The translations under genes and the position numbers were made by a program. The notes below the pieces were generated by a model, which saw only the letters and a program-made list of their open reading frames with translations, did not search any database and was not told where the DNA came from. From Octopus vulgaris (lineage: Eukaryota): a stretch of DNA of 64,000 bases. The DNA is taken from NCBI GenBank assembly GCA_951406725.2, contig OX597832.1, positions 33,852,001 through 33,916,000 on the forward strand, written 5' to 3'. Positions 41,724 to 57,747 of the stretch are shown here, in pieces. Numbering within the stretch: the stretch's first letter is position 1; the number at the start of each line of letters is the position of its first letter.

Positions 41724-41932
41724 CGTGAGCACCGCCAGCATTTTGTTCCTCTGTCTTCCCTTCTCGGGATCTTTCCTTCTCCTTTGTTTCCGACGAAGAG
41801 CTCCGCTCGAAACGTTAAACCCTCCTTCTTCCCTTCTTTCCTGAGCGTCCAATAATACTTTATTTGTTCCACGTCCTCGCGTTGCTGTGTTTTTTTTTAT
41901 TTTTTTTTTTGTGTTTTCTTGTTTGGATTAAC

Positions 41933-41936
<4 letters not shown>
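41724..41936 (+). mobile_element. Penelope/retrozyme-like short element carrying a hammerhead
   Basis: Homologous inverted copy at 44642-44761; ends at (TA)n. Confidence 0.7.
41786..41820 (+). ncRNA. Minimal hammerhead motif (C3-G8, U4C variant)
   Basis: GTTT-CCGACGA-A-GAGC tcc GCTC-GAAA-CG-TT-AAAC; palindromic AACGTT. Confidence 0.65.
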
Positions 41937-41990
<54 letters not shown>

Positions 41991-42011
41991 ACAAATATAT
42001 ATATATATACA

Positions 42012-42148
42012 CTCACTAGTTCGATGTTCGATTTCCAATCATTTATTTCTTTTTCTCGAAATTTCGTTGCTTCTTGCAACCTCTTCAATAGTCGTTGGTC
42101 CTGTCCGTTATCGGGGCTACGTTCTTTTTGTTTGTTTGTTTGTGCGCA
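42012..42148 (-). mobile_element. Second copy of the 36681-36815 repeat, with hammerhead-like core at 42055-42091
   Basis: Minus strand CTA-TTGAAGA-G-GTTGC aagaa GCAAC-GAAA-TT-TC-GAG; perfect 5-bp stem II, stem I broken. Confidence 0.55.
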
Positions 42149-42543
42149 TGTGTGTGCGTGTGTATATGTGTATTTGTGTGGTGTGTATGTGTGTGTGTGT
42201 GTGTGTCTTGGTATACCCGGTGTATTGAAACCTAATGTTTCTGTTTGTACGGCATTACAGCAAAATTAAACTGCCAGCATCACACTGCCCGACTGTAAAA
42301 AATGTTTCTCTTCAATTTGTGTAGACTAGCGAGACCCGTGAATATTTCTCTCGTGCTAATTTTGAAGACTTTATTCAGAAACCTAGGAGCGTAGCCTGTG
42401 TCGCGTCTGCATTGGAGGATGGTCGCTCCTCCGCTATTTATTGAAAAGTGAAAGAAATTGGAATACGATGATTACTTAATGCACTTTCTATATATATATA
42501 TTGTGTGTTTCTTAAATGGCTTATAAACACCTTCCACGCTGCA

Positions 42544-42580
<37 letters not shown>

Positions 42581-43114
42581 ACTTTGTATAATTCGTGCAC
42601 AATTTTATAGGCACTCTTCTTTTCGAATTTTTCTCATAAACAAAAATACATCCCGTACTTATGATACCGTCTTTAATTCAATTGCATATATCTCTCACAT
42701 AAATAAACATGAATATTTCACGGAATTGCACAAATGCGATGATATAAGTGATATAGAAAAAAACCTAGTTCAAACAAAAAAAAATACACTTTTTACTATC
42801 CAATCACCACTACGACCACTAGCAGCCGTACCACCACCACCATCATAATCCCTCCCCCTCTCTCTCTGTCTCCTCTCTTTCTCTACCTATCTCTCTCTTC
42901 TCCGTCTGCCTTTCTTTAATCCCACCATCAGAACATCACTCTTCAGCTAAAATTATTACATTCCCCCACCTCACTTCATGGACGCTTCTCTCTCTCTTTT
43001 CTTTCTCCTCTTTCCCTTCCCCTAATCAGGTGAAAGCGTTACAATTATGTTCCCTCTACCTCGCGTCATGGGAGCTTCTCTCTCCCTATTTTTACTCCCT
43101 TTCTCTTTTCTCCA

Positions 43115-43154
<40 letters not shown>

Positions 43155-44641
43155 TTTCTCTACGGGAAAACGTTACGGACGGGCTAAGTAAGGCAATGGC
43201 AAGCACAATTATCAAAAGATATTAACAATTCTTTTAAATGTTAAAACTGTAACGAATTTTGTAATACGAACTTGTAATTAATCATCGCCAGCTGCGATTG
43301 TTTCAATTATGTAAGAAAAGCTTCCGTTATATTTGTGATGTGAAGGGACACACACGTGTACACAACGCCACCTGTAATGATTCAAAATTGCATTTAACTA
43401 AAATGTGATATTTATATTATGGTGGAGATAAACCTGCAGGTGATCAGCTGACTAATATGCCAGCGTATTGCAGCTCATTAACAAGCAATGATCGTATACA
43501 TAACTGATTCAGATTTCATCATAATATACAGTAATACTTTGATGAGAAAAAGCTAGCTTCTCTATGCAGAATACTTGTTCCATCTTACGAACCGGCGAAG
43601 CAATGAGGAGAGAAGTTATCCGAATTTATAGCTAATTCTCGCGAACGTGTGGATAAGATAAATATCAGTCATGTATTTCAAAAACAGAGAATATCAAAAA
43701 TATACGTAGAGAATAGCGAGTCTCCCATTTACTGGGAAACTTATTTTAGAATGTAAAAGTTTTATACTCATTTCCTATAAATGATTTATTACTGCTTCCA
43801 ACTACAGAGGAAGATCCCAAACTTTCGATCAAATTATAAAAGGATTTATCTTCTAACCAGATATATTGGCATTCAGCGGTTTTATGTTATTAGCTGCCGT
43901 TTCTTGGTCATCTTATTCTCATTTTTCTTTGATCCCAAAATTCAACATTGAAATGAATTCAGCTGTTCCTTAACTAACTTGTTTAAATTTTATAAATATA
44001 CATATATATATATGGGGATCTGTATTACAGCATAATATTTTATTTAATATATATATATATATATATATGTGTGTATGTGTGTATGTGTGCGCATGTGTGC
44101 GCCCGCGTGCAAGCGTGTGTATGAGTAAATAGAAAAGCAAATGGTAATGTTTACATGGTTTGCAAAGAACAGGTTAAGGAATAATCAACATAAAATCAAC
44201 AACGCACATGAATATATAAACAGAGAGAGAGGGAGAGAGAGATAGAGAGTGAGATAAAGATAGACACACAGAACTCAGATTGGTTCCCATTTAGAAAAAA
44301 GACATTGGAATTAGGACTATATGGGCATTGCCATATCGAGGAAGGTCATCATGACAAACAACCAAATTAGCTTATTCCATAGCCAGAATAATGAGCAGGT
44401 GAAATAATATATTAATCTTGACTACTTCAGAATAATCTCATTGCCCCTGTTAATACTAAAATAAACTTCCACAAATATATATATTTACATTCATTTCTGC
44501 ATTCTCCATAAATATTCGGAGATTAACCTACATAAACGGTATTGCCAAAATATCCATATATGCATATATATATATATATATAGGTACATAACATATGTGT
44601 GTGTGTGTGTGTGTGTGTACGCGTGTATATATAAATATATA

Positions 44642-44761
44642 TAAAGTTAATCCAAACAAGAAAACACAAAAAAACACAGCAACGCGACAACGTGGAACAA
44701 AGGAGAAGGAAAGATCCCAAGAAGGGAAGACAGAGGAAAAAGATTGCTGGCGGTGCTCACG
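44642..44761 (-). mobile_element. Deleted copy of the 41724-41936 element lacking the hammerhead
   Basis: Aligns with both ends of that element; 80 nt are missing between two TTTGTT microhomologies. Confidence 0.8.
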
Positions 44762-44765
44762 AGGT

Positions 44766-44805
<40 letters not shown>

Positions 44806-45928
44806 GGCACGCGGCTAAATTAAAAATGTCGAATATAAATATACCATATGGATAGAGTATATATTTTGTATTTTTGACTTTTGATTTTGATTTTGACTCT
44901 TGAGCGCTACGATGGATTTTGATTTTATTTTTGTTTTTGTTTTTGTTTCCAAGCTATGCGGATCTTTATCCGTATAGCAAAGTCTTATGTTTCTACATAT
45001 ATATTAGGAAAAACCTACAAACTTTGTTTTCATGTTATTGTATTGCATAGGATTACCTTGATTATTTATAAATGACCCAAAATAGGATGTTATATTTTAT
45101 TTTATATGTCTTTCGTATATATTTTTATTAATGCACCCATTTTTAAAAGCAATGTTTTTTTTAAAAAAAGCAATGTTGTCAAAATTAGAATGTTTATATA
45201 AGTATGTGTATAGCAAAGCATATGTATTTGTAAGCATGCGTATCTGTGTATGTGTAAGTGAAAGTATGTTTGTGCTTAAGCACACATATACACGACGGTA
45301 TGTATATGTATCCATTCAAACTTGTGTATGTATACTGGTCTCTATAGATGCCAATAACACCGTTACACTGCTTGTATACATAAATTTTTTTCTTATTTCG
45401 TTTTTCCCCCACCCCTCCTTCGTTCCTTTTTCTCTCTCTCCCTTTCTTTCGTTCCCCCTCCTTGCCCAGTATATAAGAATTGCTACATAGATGAATTTTA
45501 GCTTGCGTGCGAGACGGTTTGCGTGAATATATGTACACATGCTTTTATGTGTATATTTAGATTTATATTAATACGTCTGTATATGTATGTATGGCGTTTA
45601 CGCGCATCCTTTTGTGTATGTTGATATATATATGTAGATTTTAATATAAATATGTATTGCAGTATTTATAACAGGTTTAATTTCTATGCATTAATTTGCA
45701 CTGTCTTCATTAACGTCAATAGGTTTTTCCTCGGATTTTATAATTTTTATAATTTTTATAATTTTTTATAAGTTTTTATATATATATATACATATATCTT
45801 TGACCTTTTTGTTTATCGCTCGAAGATTGACCGTTTTTTCTAAAGGGCCAATCAAACAAGTCCATTTCTTTTTAAAGGTGTAGCGTTTGTAAGAGTATAG
45901 ATTGAATTGATATATCAGTTCCATTCTA

Positions 45929-45980
45929 GCAAAAACTGTCTGATGAACGGCAACGAGAAACTCAGAGTAACAGATTTTGT
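45929..45980 (+). ncRNA. Type-I hammerhead motif, canonical core, within a short element about 45795-46006 flanked by (TA)n
   Basis: GCAAAAACTGT-CTGATGA-A-CG GCAA CG-A-GAAA-CTCAGAG-TA-ACAGATTTTGT; long stem I, GNRA loop II, GUA site. Confidence 0.75.
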
Positions 45981-46005
45981 TGAATTTTCTGCTGCTTAAA
46001 ATAAA

Positions 46006-46075
<70 letters not shown>

Positions 46076-46223
46076 ATATATATGTATATATGAAAATATA
46101 TGTATATATGTATACGTATATATGTATATATATGCATGTATATATAAATATATATATGTATGTATTTATATATTTGAATTTACTCACAGAATAGATAGAA
46201 TGATACACAAACACACGCATATG

Positions 46224-46323
<100 letters not shown>

Positions 46324-46474
46324 CATATGAATATGTGTATACATGAATGAATTTACCTATGTATTTCTAACCACCCACATGCACATACATACACGTATAA
46401 ATGCCCCAGTGCCCTCGCAGGGCCTCAAAGATAGAAATAATAAAACTCATAAATAAAAAATGTATGTATATATA

Positions 46475-46535
<61 letters not shown>

Positions 46536-46598
46536 ATATATGTATATGTGTATGCATGTAGGTGAATGTATGTGTTCATACATGTATGTATAAGTGCG

Positions 46599-46636
<38 letters not shown>

Positions 46637-46676
46637 CTTTTGCACATACTCATAAGCATACACAAAAAATGTGAAT

Positions 46677-46716
<40 letters not shown>

Positions 46717-47120
46717 CTATGAATCACTTGTGTGTGTGCAAATGTGCGCGTATATACATACACATACGTTTCTAGATAATCATAACCCTAGAAATACATA
46801 AGTTCATGGAAATATGCACTTCTATTAAATCCATTTCTATTTCTGTTTAGAATTTGGGAAAATGTGATCGAGTTCATCTCCATCTTGATAAAAAAAGATA
46901 TCAATATGTTGATTTAGTGCTTTTGTTAATATATAAAATACGAACTATTTTCACCGATTCAGCAAATGATGCGTTCACGTCTTCATAAGTTCGGTTATTC
47001 GTTGCGAAATATGGCGCTGCAATTCCCACGAAACTACAACGTCAATCGAACGAGCTTAATGATTATATAGCATCTATCATCTTCTCTATCTATCTATCTA
47101 TATATCTATATATCTATCTA

Positions 47121-47170
<50 letters not shown>

Positions 47171-47175
47171 CATAC

Positions 47176-47220
<45 letters not shown>

Positions 47221-47334
47221 TATACATCCTTCCATCCATCCATCCATCCATATATATAAATAGTCTTAGCTACAAAAGCGACATGAATTTCTTCCATCTT
47301 CTTGCTCTAACTGGTTAAAATTTTATTTATATAT

Positions 47335-47409
47335 TTGTGCAGCTGATGATGGCACTACATTTAAATTGATGTAATGATTGGATCCGCTTGAAACGGTCGT
47401 ACTGCGTAA
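47335..47409 (+). ncRNA. Type-I hammerhead motif, canonical core, long loop II, within a short element about 47262-47445
   Basis: TTGTGCAG-CTGATGA-(40 nt, GGC..GCT and TACAT..ATGTA pairings)-GAAA-CGGTCG-TA-CTGCGTAA; 8-bp stem I with two GU pairs. Confidence 0.7.
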
Positions 47410-47440
47410 CTACTTGATATCCTGTTGCTTATTTTGATTT

Positions 47441-47482
<42 letters not shown>

Positions 47483-47485
<3 letters not shown>

Positions 47486-47708
47486 TCTTTTACTCTTTTA
47501 CATGTTTCAGTCATTTGACTGCGGCCGTGCTGGAGCACCGCCTTTAATCGAGCAACTCGAACCCGGAACATATTCTTTGTAAGCCCAGTACTTATTCTAT
47601 CGGTCTTTTTTGCCGAACCGCTAGTTGACGGGGACGTAAACACACCAGCATCTGTTGTCAAGCAATGCTAGGGGGACAAACACAGACACACAGACACACA
47701 GACATACA

Positions 47709-47756
<48 letters not shown>

Positions 47757-47922
47757 TACGACAGGCTTCTTTCAGTTTCCATCTACCAAATCCACTCACA
47801 AGGCTTTGGTCGGCCCGAGGCTATAGTAGAAGACACTTGCCCAAGGTGCGACGCAGTGGGACTGAACCCGGAACCATGTGGTTGGTAAGCAAGCTACTTA
47901 CCACACAGACACTCCTGCCCCT
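47483..47922 (-). mobile_element. SINE family A, full length
   Basis: tRNA-like head with GGTTCAGTCCC, body, internal TA/TG microsatellite, tail GGCGGTGCTCCAGCACGGCCGCAGTCAAATGACTGAAAC and (GTAAAAGA)n end. Confidence 0.9.
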
Positions 47923-48169
47923 ATATATATATATATAATATATGATATATAAATATATGCTTATATACATACATATATGTACATACCTACACTCATGCAT
48001 ATATGGGTAAAGGACATCGAAAAAATGTTGAACACAATGAGAAACGAAAATATAAAACAAAAACATGGAAACGAACATATTTTCGAACAATGAAAAAAAC
48101 AAACTGAGAAACGAGACGTACAACGAAACGGAGTAGATAAATGAAAGACAGCATGTTAAGAAAGTACAT

Positions 48170-48445
48170 ACGGTGGCACATGTGTCTCCTGCCAGCCAGC
48201 AACCCCACCAAGCTTGCTTGGTGAGGAGGGTGTTTATTGGACACCCTGCGGGATGAAAAACAAAACCCGTCAAAGGGCGGAGGAACTCTTGAGAGTCAAC
48301 GGCCATCCAATAAATGCCTTAAGGCTGTATCATGCGCGGGGACATAGAATTAATCGGACTGAATACCCGATCGTGCGGTTAAACCTTTGGGAGTGAAGGA
48401 CTCCTACATCCTTCTAGGAGAATGTAACTCAGGTAACTGGGATAA
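48170..48445 (+). mobile_element. GC-richer structured island, possibly a non-LTR (RTE-type) 5' UTR fragment
   Basis: Hairpins CACCAAGCTTGCTTGGTG, GGGTGT..ACACCC, GGAGT..ACTCC and ATCGG..CCGAT; CTAGGAGAATGTAACTC resembles a motif I recall from RTE 5' regions. Confidence 0.3.
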
Positions 48446-50154
48446 CTTTGATATATAATACCCGCGGCTCAGTGATTAGCGATGATGCTGACTTGTTCTT
48501 CTTCTCGGATTATGGCTGCTTTTGCTTAGTAAGTGGGATTGACTCAGTGCATAGCCTTTCCTCACTTTAAAAAAAAAATCTTCTTGCACAAGCATTGCAC
48601 GATAACAGCATTGATTAAGCTTCGTGCAATGGCCATACTCGATAACGAGGGTGCAGCCACCATGTATGTATATATGTACGTATGTATGTATGTACGTGTC
48701 CATCTATGTTTATAAGTATATAGAACTCGTTACAGTGCCTCTTTTGAAGAGGAGGGGAGTGTTCAGTGAATGAGGTAATTTTTTATAAAAACTTAAACGG
48801 AAATTTTCCCGCCGTTGCAGTCATCATACAGCGGTAAGTTCACCTGAACATCGCAGTGGCTTGAAACTCTATTCGTACTCAAGAGAATTCTTATTTATAC
48901 ATGTTCCTGTCTTTCGCTTTGTATGTTTGTGTGTGTGTGTTTGAATATGTGAGTGATAGTATATGTATGTTAAAATCTGAGTGTCTGTCTCTCTCTCTAA
49001 GCACATCGGTAAGCCACACTAACACCCTCTCCCACTAAATATATGTTTCTCCAGAGGAATACAAACAAACAAAAGGAAATATAATATAAGAGAAGCCATT
49101 ATTACTGTAATTATATCTTAGACATTGATGAAGTTATTTCTTGGCTATATCGACCCAGCCATTATAGATGGCAGCAGTTGATACGTCACACACTTAGTAT
49201 GTCTTGTCTATTTACTATCACTGTCCAAATAGATTTGCTGCAATTCTAAATTATAACTGACAGAGACGAGGAGGTTTCAAATGGCATTATCGATATTTAA
49301 CACATTTTTGTATTTCTTTAAAATAAAAACTTATAAACACTTCTCTAAATTTAGGACGTAAAATAACAAAAATCAGACGAAAACTTAGGATGCTTAGTGG
49401 TAGTTGAAAACACGTCTGACTTACCGAAGACAAAAGCCGTCACATGTTTTGCTATTTCTGTAAACTACACAAAGAATATATAACATATACATCTACTTCA
49501 ATTTATCACTTTTTATTTATATCGTGTGTGTGTGTGTGCGTGTGTGAATATCAAATTGCCGAATTGTTGGTCCTACTCGGCAAAGTTTGGTGGCTCTGTT
49601 TAGTAAGCACCAACTATAGACTGAATGCAAATTTGTCGACGTACTACAATTAATACATTTTTGTTGTTGTTGTTCTTTTTCTTTTCTTCCTCTTCTTCGT
49701 CTTCATCTGCTACTCCTTCTCTCCCTCTATCTTGTTCATCCCATTCAAGGCAGGGCAGGTGGTGTTTGTCTCTCTTGTGGCTTTGGAGAATTATGTTGTG
49801 AGGTGGATGAGGATGAACAGATCGAGAAAAAACACCTCCCCCCCCCTCGGTCCAGATCATCGATTATTTTAAACCGATCCACTTGGAAAGGACAGTCAGG
49901 GTGGAGAGTGGATAGGGTAATGCTACCACCCGCTGCATTTGTGCAAAATGGGTGGATGCAGCAAAATAGACGGGGTGAATGGTCCAACTGTAAATATACG
50001 CCTGGAGATTGGAGAACAACAGCTGGGCGAGAAATCGTGGCTTGGGGGGGGGGTGATCCTGGATGAGTGGTGTCCCTTGATTGGCCTCTCGTGTGAAGCT
50101 CCATTCGTATCTGGAGAACTGCATCTCTTAGCTTATCACATACTTTGCACACTA

Positions 50155-50212
50155 TTTTCTTTTTATTTCATCTAGTTTCAGCTTACGAGCTGTGGCCATG
50201 CTGGGGCACCAC
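50155..50212 (-). mobile_element. Isolated 3' tail of the CR1-like LINE family
   Basis: Reverse complement GTGGTGCCCCAGCATGGCCACAGCTCGTAAGCTGAAACTAGATGAAATAAAA. Confidence 0.8.
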
Positions 50213-50368
50213 AATGTTTACTTTTATTTAAATTCAGTCTTTCTCATTTCTTTCCCCGCTCATCTTTACCCCCACCACACACACACACAAATTATTTACT
50301 CTCCTTGCGATTACCCGTATTCTAACCCTCTATAGCTAACAAAAATTTCATCAGTATCATCATTATCT

Positions 50369-50437
<69 letters not shown>
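50369..50437. repeat. (TAG)n repeat followed by GAT/GGT-rich low-complexity sequence
   Basis: Directly visible. Confidence 0.9.
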
Positions 50438-51143
50438 TTCTGGGTGGTAATTTATGCTGACTGATAAATAATGCGATGAGAATGACGGTGACGACGGCGA
50501 TGACGACGATGATAATGAAACTGATCGTGATGGAAATGGTGATGGTGGTGGTGGAGTTAGTAGTAGTAGTGGTGTTGGTGATGATGACGCTGAAGGCGGT
50601 GGCGATGATGGTGATAGTGATATCAATAGTGCAGACCATGCGAGAGACAAATGATACCACGTAAGACTAATTAATTATCGAACGTTTTGCTTCGTCAAGA
50701 AAACCACAAATCGCAGGTGTAATTTCTCCTGATGACGATTAATTGTTTTTAAATCTAATTCTTTAGCAAAATCAACTTTTAACAGAACAATTAAATTACG
50801 TCCACGCATTTCTTGATTAAAAGTGTTTAAATCTTATAGCGGAGATTATGCACTTGTGCTGCGTTCCTGTTGTGTTGGAGGGGGGGGGGGGTCAGCCTTA
50901 AGGGGTCGAATATTTCTGTAATTTTTGCGTTAAGTGTGCTTCCTAACAGAGACACAGGGACCGAAATTTGTCAGAAGGTGTCGATCCTAACATAAGATGA
51001 TGAGAGCTTGTCCAAAAATCATGTCCCAATAACAAGTCAAAACATATTGACTGATAAACTTATAAGTCGGTTTAATAGTCAAATATTGTAGTCTATTAAA
51101 TCAGTTATATCGCAGGTACTTTATATCTATATAATGTAACATA

Positions 51144-51206
<63 letters not shown>

Positions 51207-51235
51207 ATATATATATATACATATATATATATATA

Positions 51236-51280
<45 letters not shown>

Positions 51281-51308
51281 TGTATATATATATAATATAT
51301 ATATATAC

Positions 51309-51406
<98 letters not shown>

Positions 51407-51409
51407 CAT

Positions 51410-53317
<1,908 letters not shown>

Positions 53318-53354
53318 GTTATATATATACATATATCATATCTGTGTGTGTGTT

Positions 53355-53387
<33 letters not shown>

Positions 53388-56300
53388 TTGTGTGCGTGTG
53401 TGCATGAAAAAGCAAAAGCTCAATTGAAAAAGAAAGAAAACGTTGTTTTTCGTGTGATTTGAACCCCGAATACAAAGATCCAGAGGAATTACACGTCATT
53501 TATCCAATGCACTAACGATTCTGTAAATTTATCGTTCTGATACTTCTTATCCAGTCTTGTCCCTTTTCCCGCTAAGTGTATTTAATGATGACATCATCAA
53601 ATATTAGTCCCTTTTTAATTTGTAAAGAACACGGAGTAATAGCATGGGAAAAGATCTCATTGATACTTTGTCTTCAGATGTTTCAGAATGCATTTATTTA
53701 CGGAAACCTTAGAAGCGACGCAAAAAATAAACATTATGTGAACAATATTTGTGAAGTTCCGGTTACACCTACCAATTCTGTTTCCTAAACTTAATCTAAT
53801 CAACTTTTGTAAATATAAAAACGTTTTAATATGTACAATGATGCGTCATTCATTTTAGCAGTGTTATCGTAAAACGTCCGCCATTTTTCCAGAAACCTGT
53901 CAACACTTCTGACAAGTAGATATAACAATAATAGCACCAAAGTACCCGTATTCTTTATAAAAGTTCTTCTCCGAATCTGTAATGTATGAACAACGAAATG
54001 TGATTAACAAATAAGTATACATATTGTTAACATTTTAGATATGTTAACACAAATTATCCGATTTTCACGTGAATAATATCATTAAAGAATGAAAATTATA
54101 AGTTATTCTGCCAATAATATGCATTACTCGTAATTTATTCCTCATTATTTTAACAAAGTTAAGGTTCTGTAGTATTGTAGAAGTTAGTATAGTATCTAAA
54201 TATGTTCAAAATTCGCTCACTTTATTCTCAGAACAACAAGATAATATTGATTTTTAACGACCAAAACACATGAATTGCGTCCATTTAACAAGCTAGACAT
54301 AGGTGCACTTCAGTATTAAAAAATGCATGCAGAATTTATAAGCAGAAATAAACAAACCAATGCCAACCTCAAATGAAATACCCCAAAACTACACACAACT
54401 AAGCAAAAAGCCAGTAAATAAGGAAATTGCCGTAAGTAGAGAACATTTGTATCAATACACACGAAAATAAGCAGTGAGACACAATAGGGTTTGATTAGAA
54501 ATGAAAAGAGCAATAACAACAATAATAATGACATTCATACAAAAAACTGATGTCACAATAAAAAAAAAAACCTAAATATTGTACTCGCACTCAAGTAACA
54601 ATTAAATTCATTTATCAGACTTTTTTTGAAATAAAAATCAGTCACACAAATATCATACACACTTATGAAAGGTACAAACCTTCCAGCAAAACATTAATTT
54701 TTAGAAAAGCACCATCTATCAGAAAACCAGAAATCGATATCGAAATCTAAAAAATCAAGTGCCTCAGAGTCTGACAGTGTCACGTGGCTCTGAAACACAG
54801 AAGGCCTGAAGGAATCATTGCACTCACCAGTATCTGCCACTCCTCTTATCTAAACGTTAGAATCTGGAAGCTGGAAAAAGATAATTGCAAGTTTGAATTC
54901 CTCAAAATTTAAAGGGATGTAAAGCAACATAACACTGATTAATCACCCTTCGATGGATGCTCTCAATAACACAAGAGAAGCTAATTCTGACCAAAAGCCT
55001 TACACTATGTCACTCCCATCTTCTCGCTCTTTCGCCGCCTCTCTCCTCTTTCTGAGCCTCAATATGGATTCACATAATTACACTTAATCACCTTTTTACT
55101 TATTAACTCGGCACATAAAATATACGATGATTTCAAAAGTCAGGTCATCTCATAAATGCAATTTTAATAATCATTGACATTTGAAAGATAATCTCCAACT
55201 ATTAACTTATGCTAAAACGAAAAATATTACAAAATAATAAAAATGCCTGTTTGTAAAAAGATCGCAAAGTTGCCAAATCTATGGAGTTCCCAATAACATT
55301 ATTTTGAGAAAGACGTACATCAGGGCCCCGTTCTCTCACAAGTCTGTCGAATGAATATCTGCACATTTTTACACCTCTTTAAAATGTACAAATTGCGACA
55401 TACATGGGTTACTCATCTTCAACCATTCTTCAGACACTGCTTATCAACTCTTCCCATGCTAAATAGAACAGTAACACTGATAATCTTAGTAATCACACTC
55501 ATCAGCTTAAAAATACAGAAAACAAAAATGTTAGGAGTTACGTTTAATTATTTCCCAACATTCCTCGTACTGAACGAAGCGAAGCAAAGTACAACCCTAC
55601 ATAGAACAAGCACGGATACTACGGTTGGCCCATAGAAATTAATAACAATGATCATGCACAAAAATTCATTTACTATGAACTATACCTAACCTACCTGAGA
55701 GTCCAAACATTACGACAACCCACTCACATTGCACAAAACAGTGCTCTGCACCCCATAGGAGGTTTCAGCTATAATATACCTAGAGACTACATACATAATA
55801 ACACACAAGACGTTTCTAAAAGGAAGAACAAATGGACAAACGAATGTCATAGTTTGTTAGTGCGAGTTGCTATTGACATAAGCATCGCATTAGTGTATAG
55901 AAGGAAGACGTGTGTTTGTGTGGCATTTGTGGATATTTAAAAGACGTGCGGAAACGCCATTTGCTTGTTGTTAGAGTGTAAGAAAAGTATTTAGGGTTCT
56001 CATTATAAGATGTTTTTAATGTAACCTTCGTATGGTCTTGGTTTTGTCGTTCTCACTTACCCTACATAGAGAGTTTTACTCCACAGAAAATACGATGTGT
56101 CATTTGAGCGGTATTAACTTGATTTCAGTGTCGATCGATAAGTGTCGTTTGCTCTCACCATGAAAAATTTCAAGGATCTTCATTCATGGAATCTAAGATC
56201 CGCGATTTACTACGGGTGAAATTATGTAAATGTTAGGGTCCCAATTCCTTCTACGGAGGCCGTCCACAAGTCTTTTATTCTGACGAGAATACCCAGATAT

Positions 56301-57619
56301 GCCACACATCTTTCTATCACGGCTTCGGAGAACTTTCTATATTGGGTTCTTCTGCGTCATCAACTTCTTACATATTCGTGCTCTTAGCGGGTGCCGCATT
56401 CTAACATGCAGTGTATCGATAGCGAATCGAAGACCATTTTTTAGCGAATATTTTGAACAGCTTTCTGGAAATTAAAGGAAAAAAAATGTCAGAGAAATAG
56501 AAACCGTCAGAAGAGGGAACTTAAAAAAAATTAAAAGCAATAGCTATTGGCTGATTTGATTTGACGATAGCTAGAATAACCAATCAGCTAACCAGCTTCT
56601 CTATAACACTCACGTACACAGCATATCATTATTTTTTTTTTAACTATCAAAAACACTCACGCACAGACACACACAGAAGAAAAAAAACGATAGCAATGAA
56701 TACAACAGACAAACGCAAACACATTTCGTTAGTAAACAATACGGAACTCAATTTATTGTTAAATTTACTCTTGAACAATTCCTCGCATTGAGTGTCAGGT
56801 TATTAAAAAAAAAGAACAAGAAAGAAACAAAAACAAGTAAATATTTGATGATTGGAAATTCTTTTGTTGTAAAATAGTCAATATGGCAAATCTACACGCA
56901 CACACACATGCCCGTACACACCTATACATATACACACACAAATTCACTTACATACACGCATAGACACGAGCATACATACATATGCATATACACGAAATAC
57001 ATATAGATATATATTCACACATACAGAACATTTCAGACACGCGCGCACCTACTTGCACATGTATACACGCATACATACACACAGATAGACATATACAAAC
57101 AATTACATGCACACATACACAAACATATACACATATCTCCACTCATATATTAAACAATACATACAGAAAGACACACATGTGCACATACACACACACATAC
57201 ACATATATTCACACTAATGTATACACTCATGCACACAAAGAAAACGCCGAACTGAATTTAATAGGAAATAAAACCCACTTGGAACAAAAGAACGTTAAAA
57301 CGTCCATCGCCGACCCTCCTTAACTTCTTAGTCAATTATAGAAAACACTAGTAAAATAATAGGAACTATTAATAAATGATTGTTTGTTATTGTTGTTGTT
57401 ATTGAAGCTGTGTTACTGTTGATTGCTAGAATTTTTTAATTATATATTTTTTCAGCCTTTGTTTAAATTTCCTACAAGAAAAAAATTCAATTTCATTTTT
57501 CTTTGTTTCGCAAATATAAAAAGAATAAAATAAACAATAATAAATATTTAAAAAATATAAAAATGAAAAGCAAACAAATCTCGAAAAACAATTGTAATAA
57601 AAATTTCATCTTCAGTTAC

Positions 57620-57747
<128 letters not shown>

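Noticed and set aside
44953-44978. 11-bp hairpin GCTATGCGGAT/ATCCGTATAGC as a Helitron 3' end
   Set aside because: No CTRR terminus at the expected distance
54828-54870. Minus-strand micro-exon with TTTTTCCAG acceptor and GTGAGT donor
   Set aside because: Stops in all three frames; could only be a UTR exon and cannot be supported without RNA data
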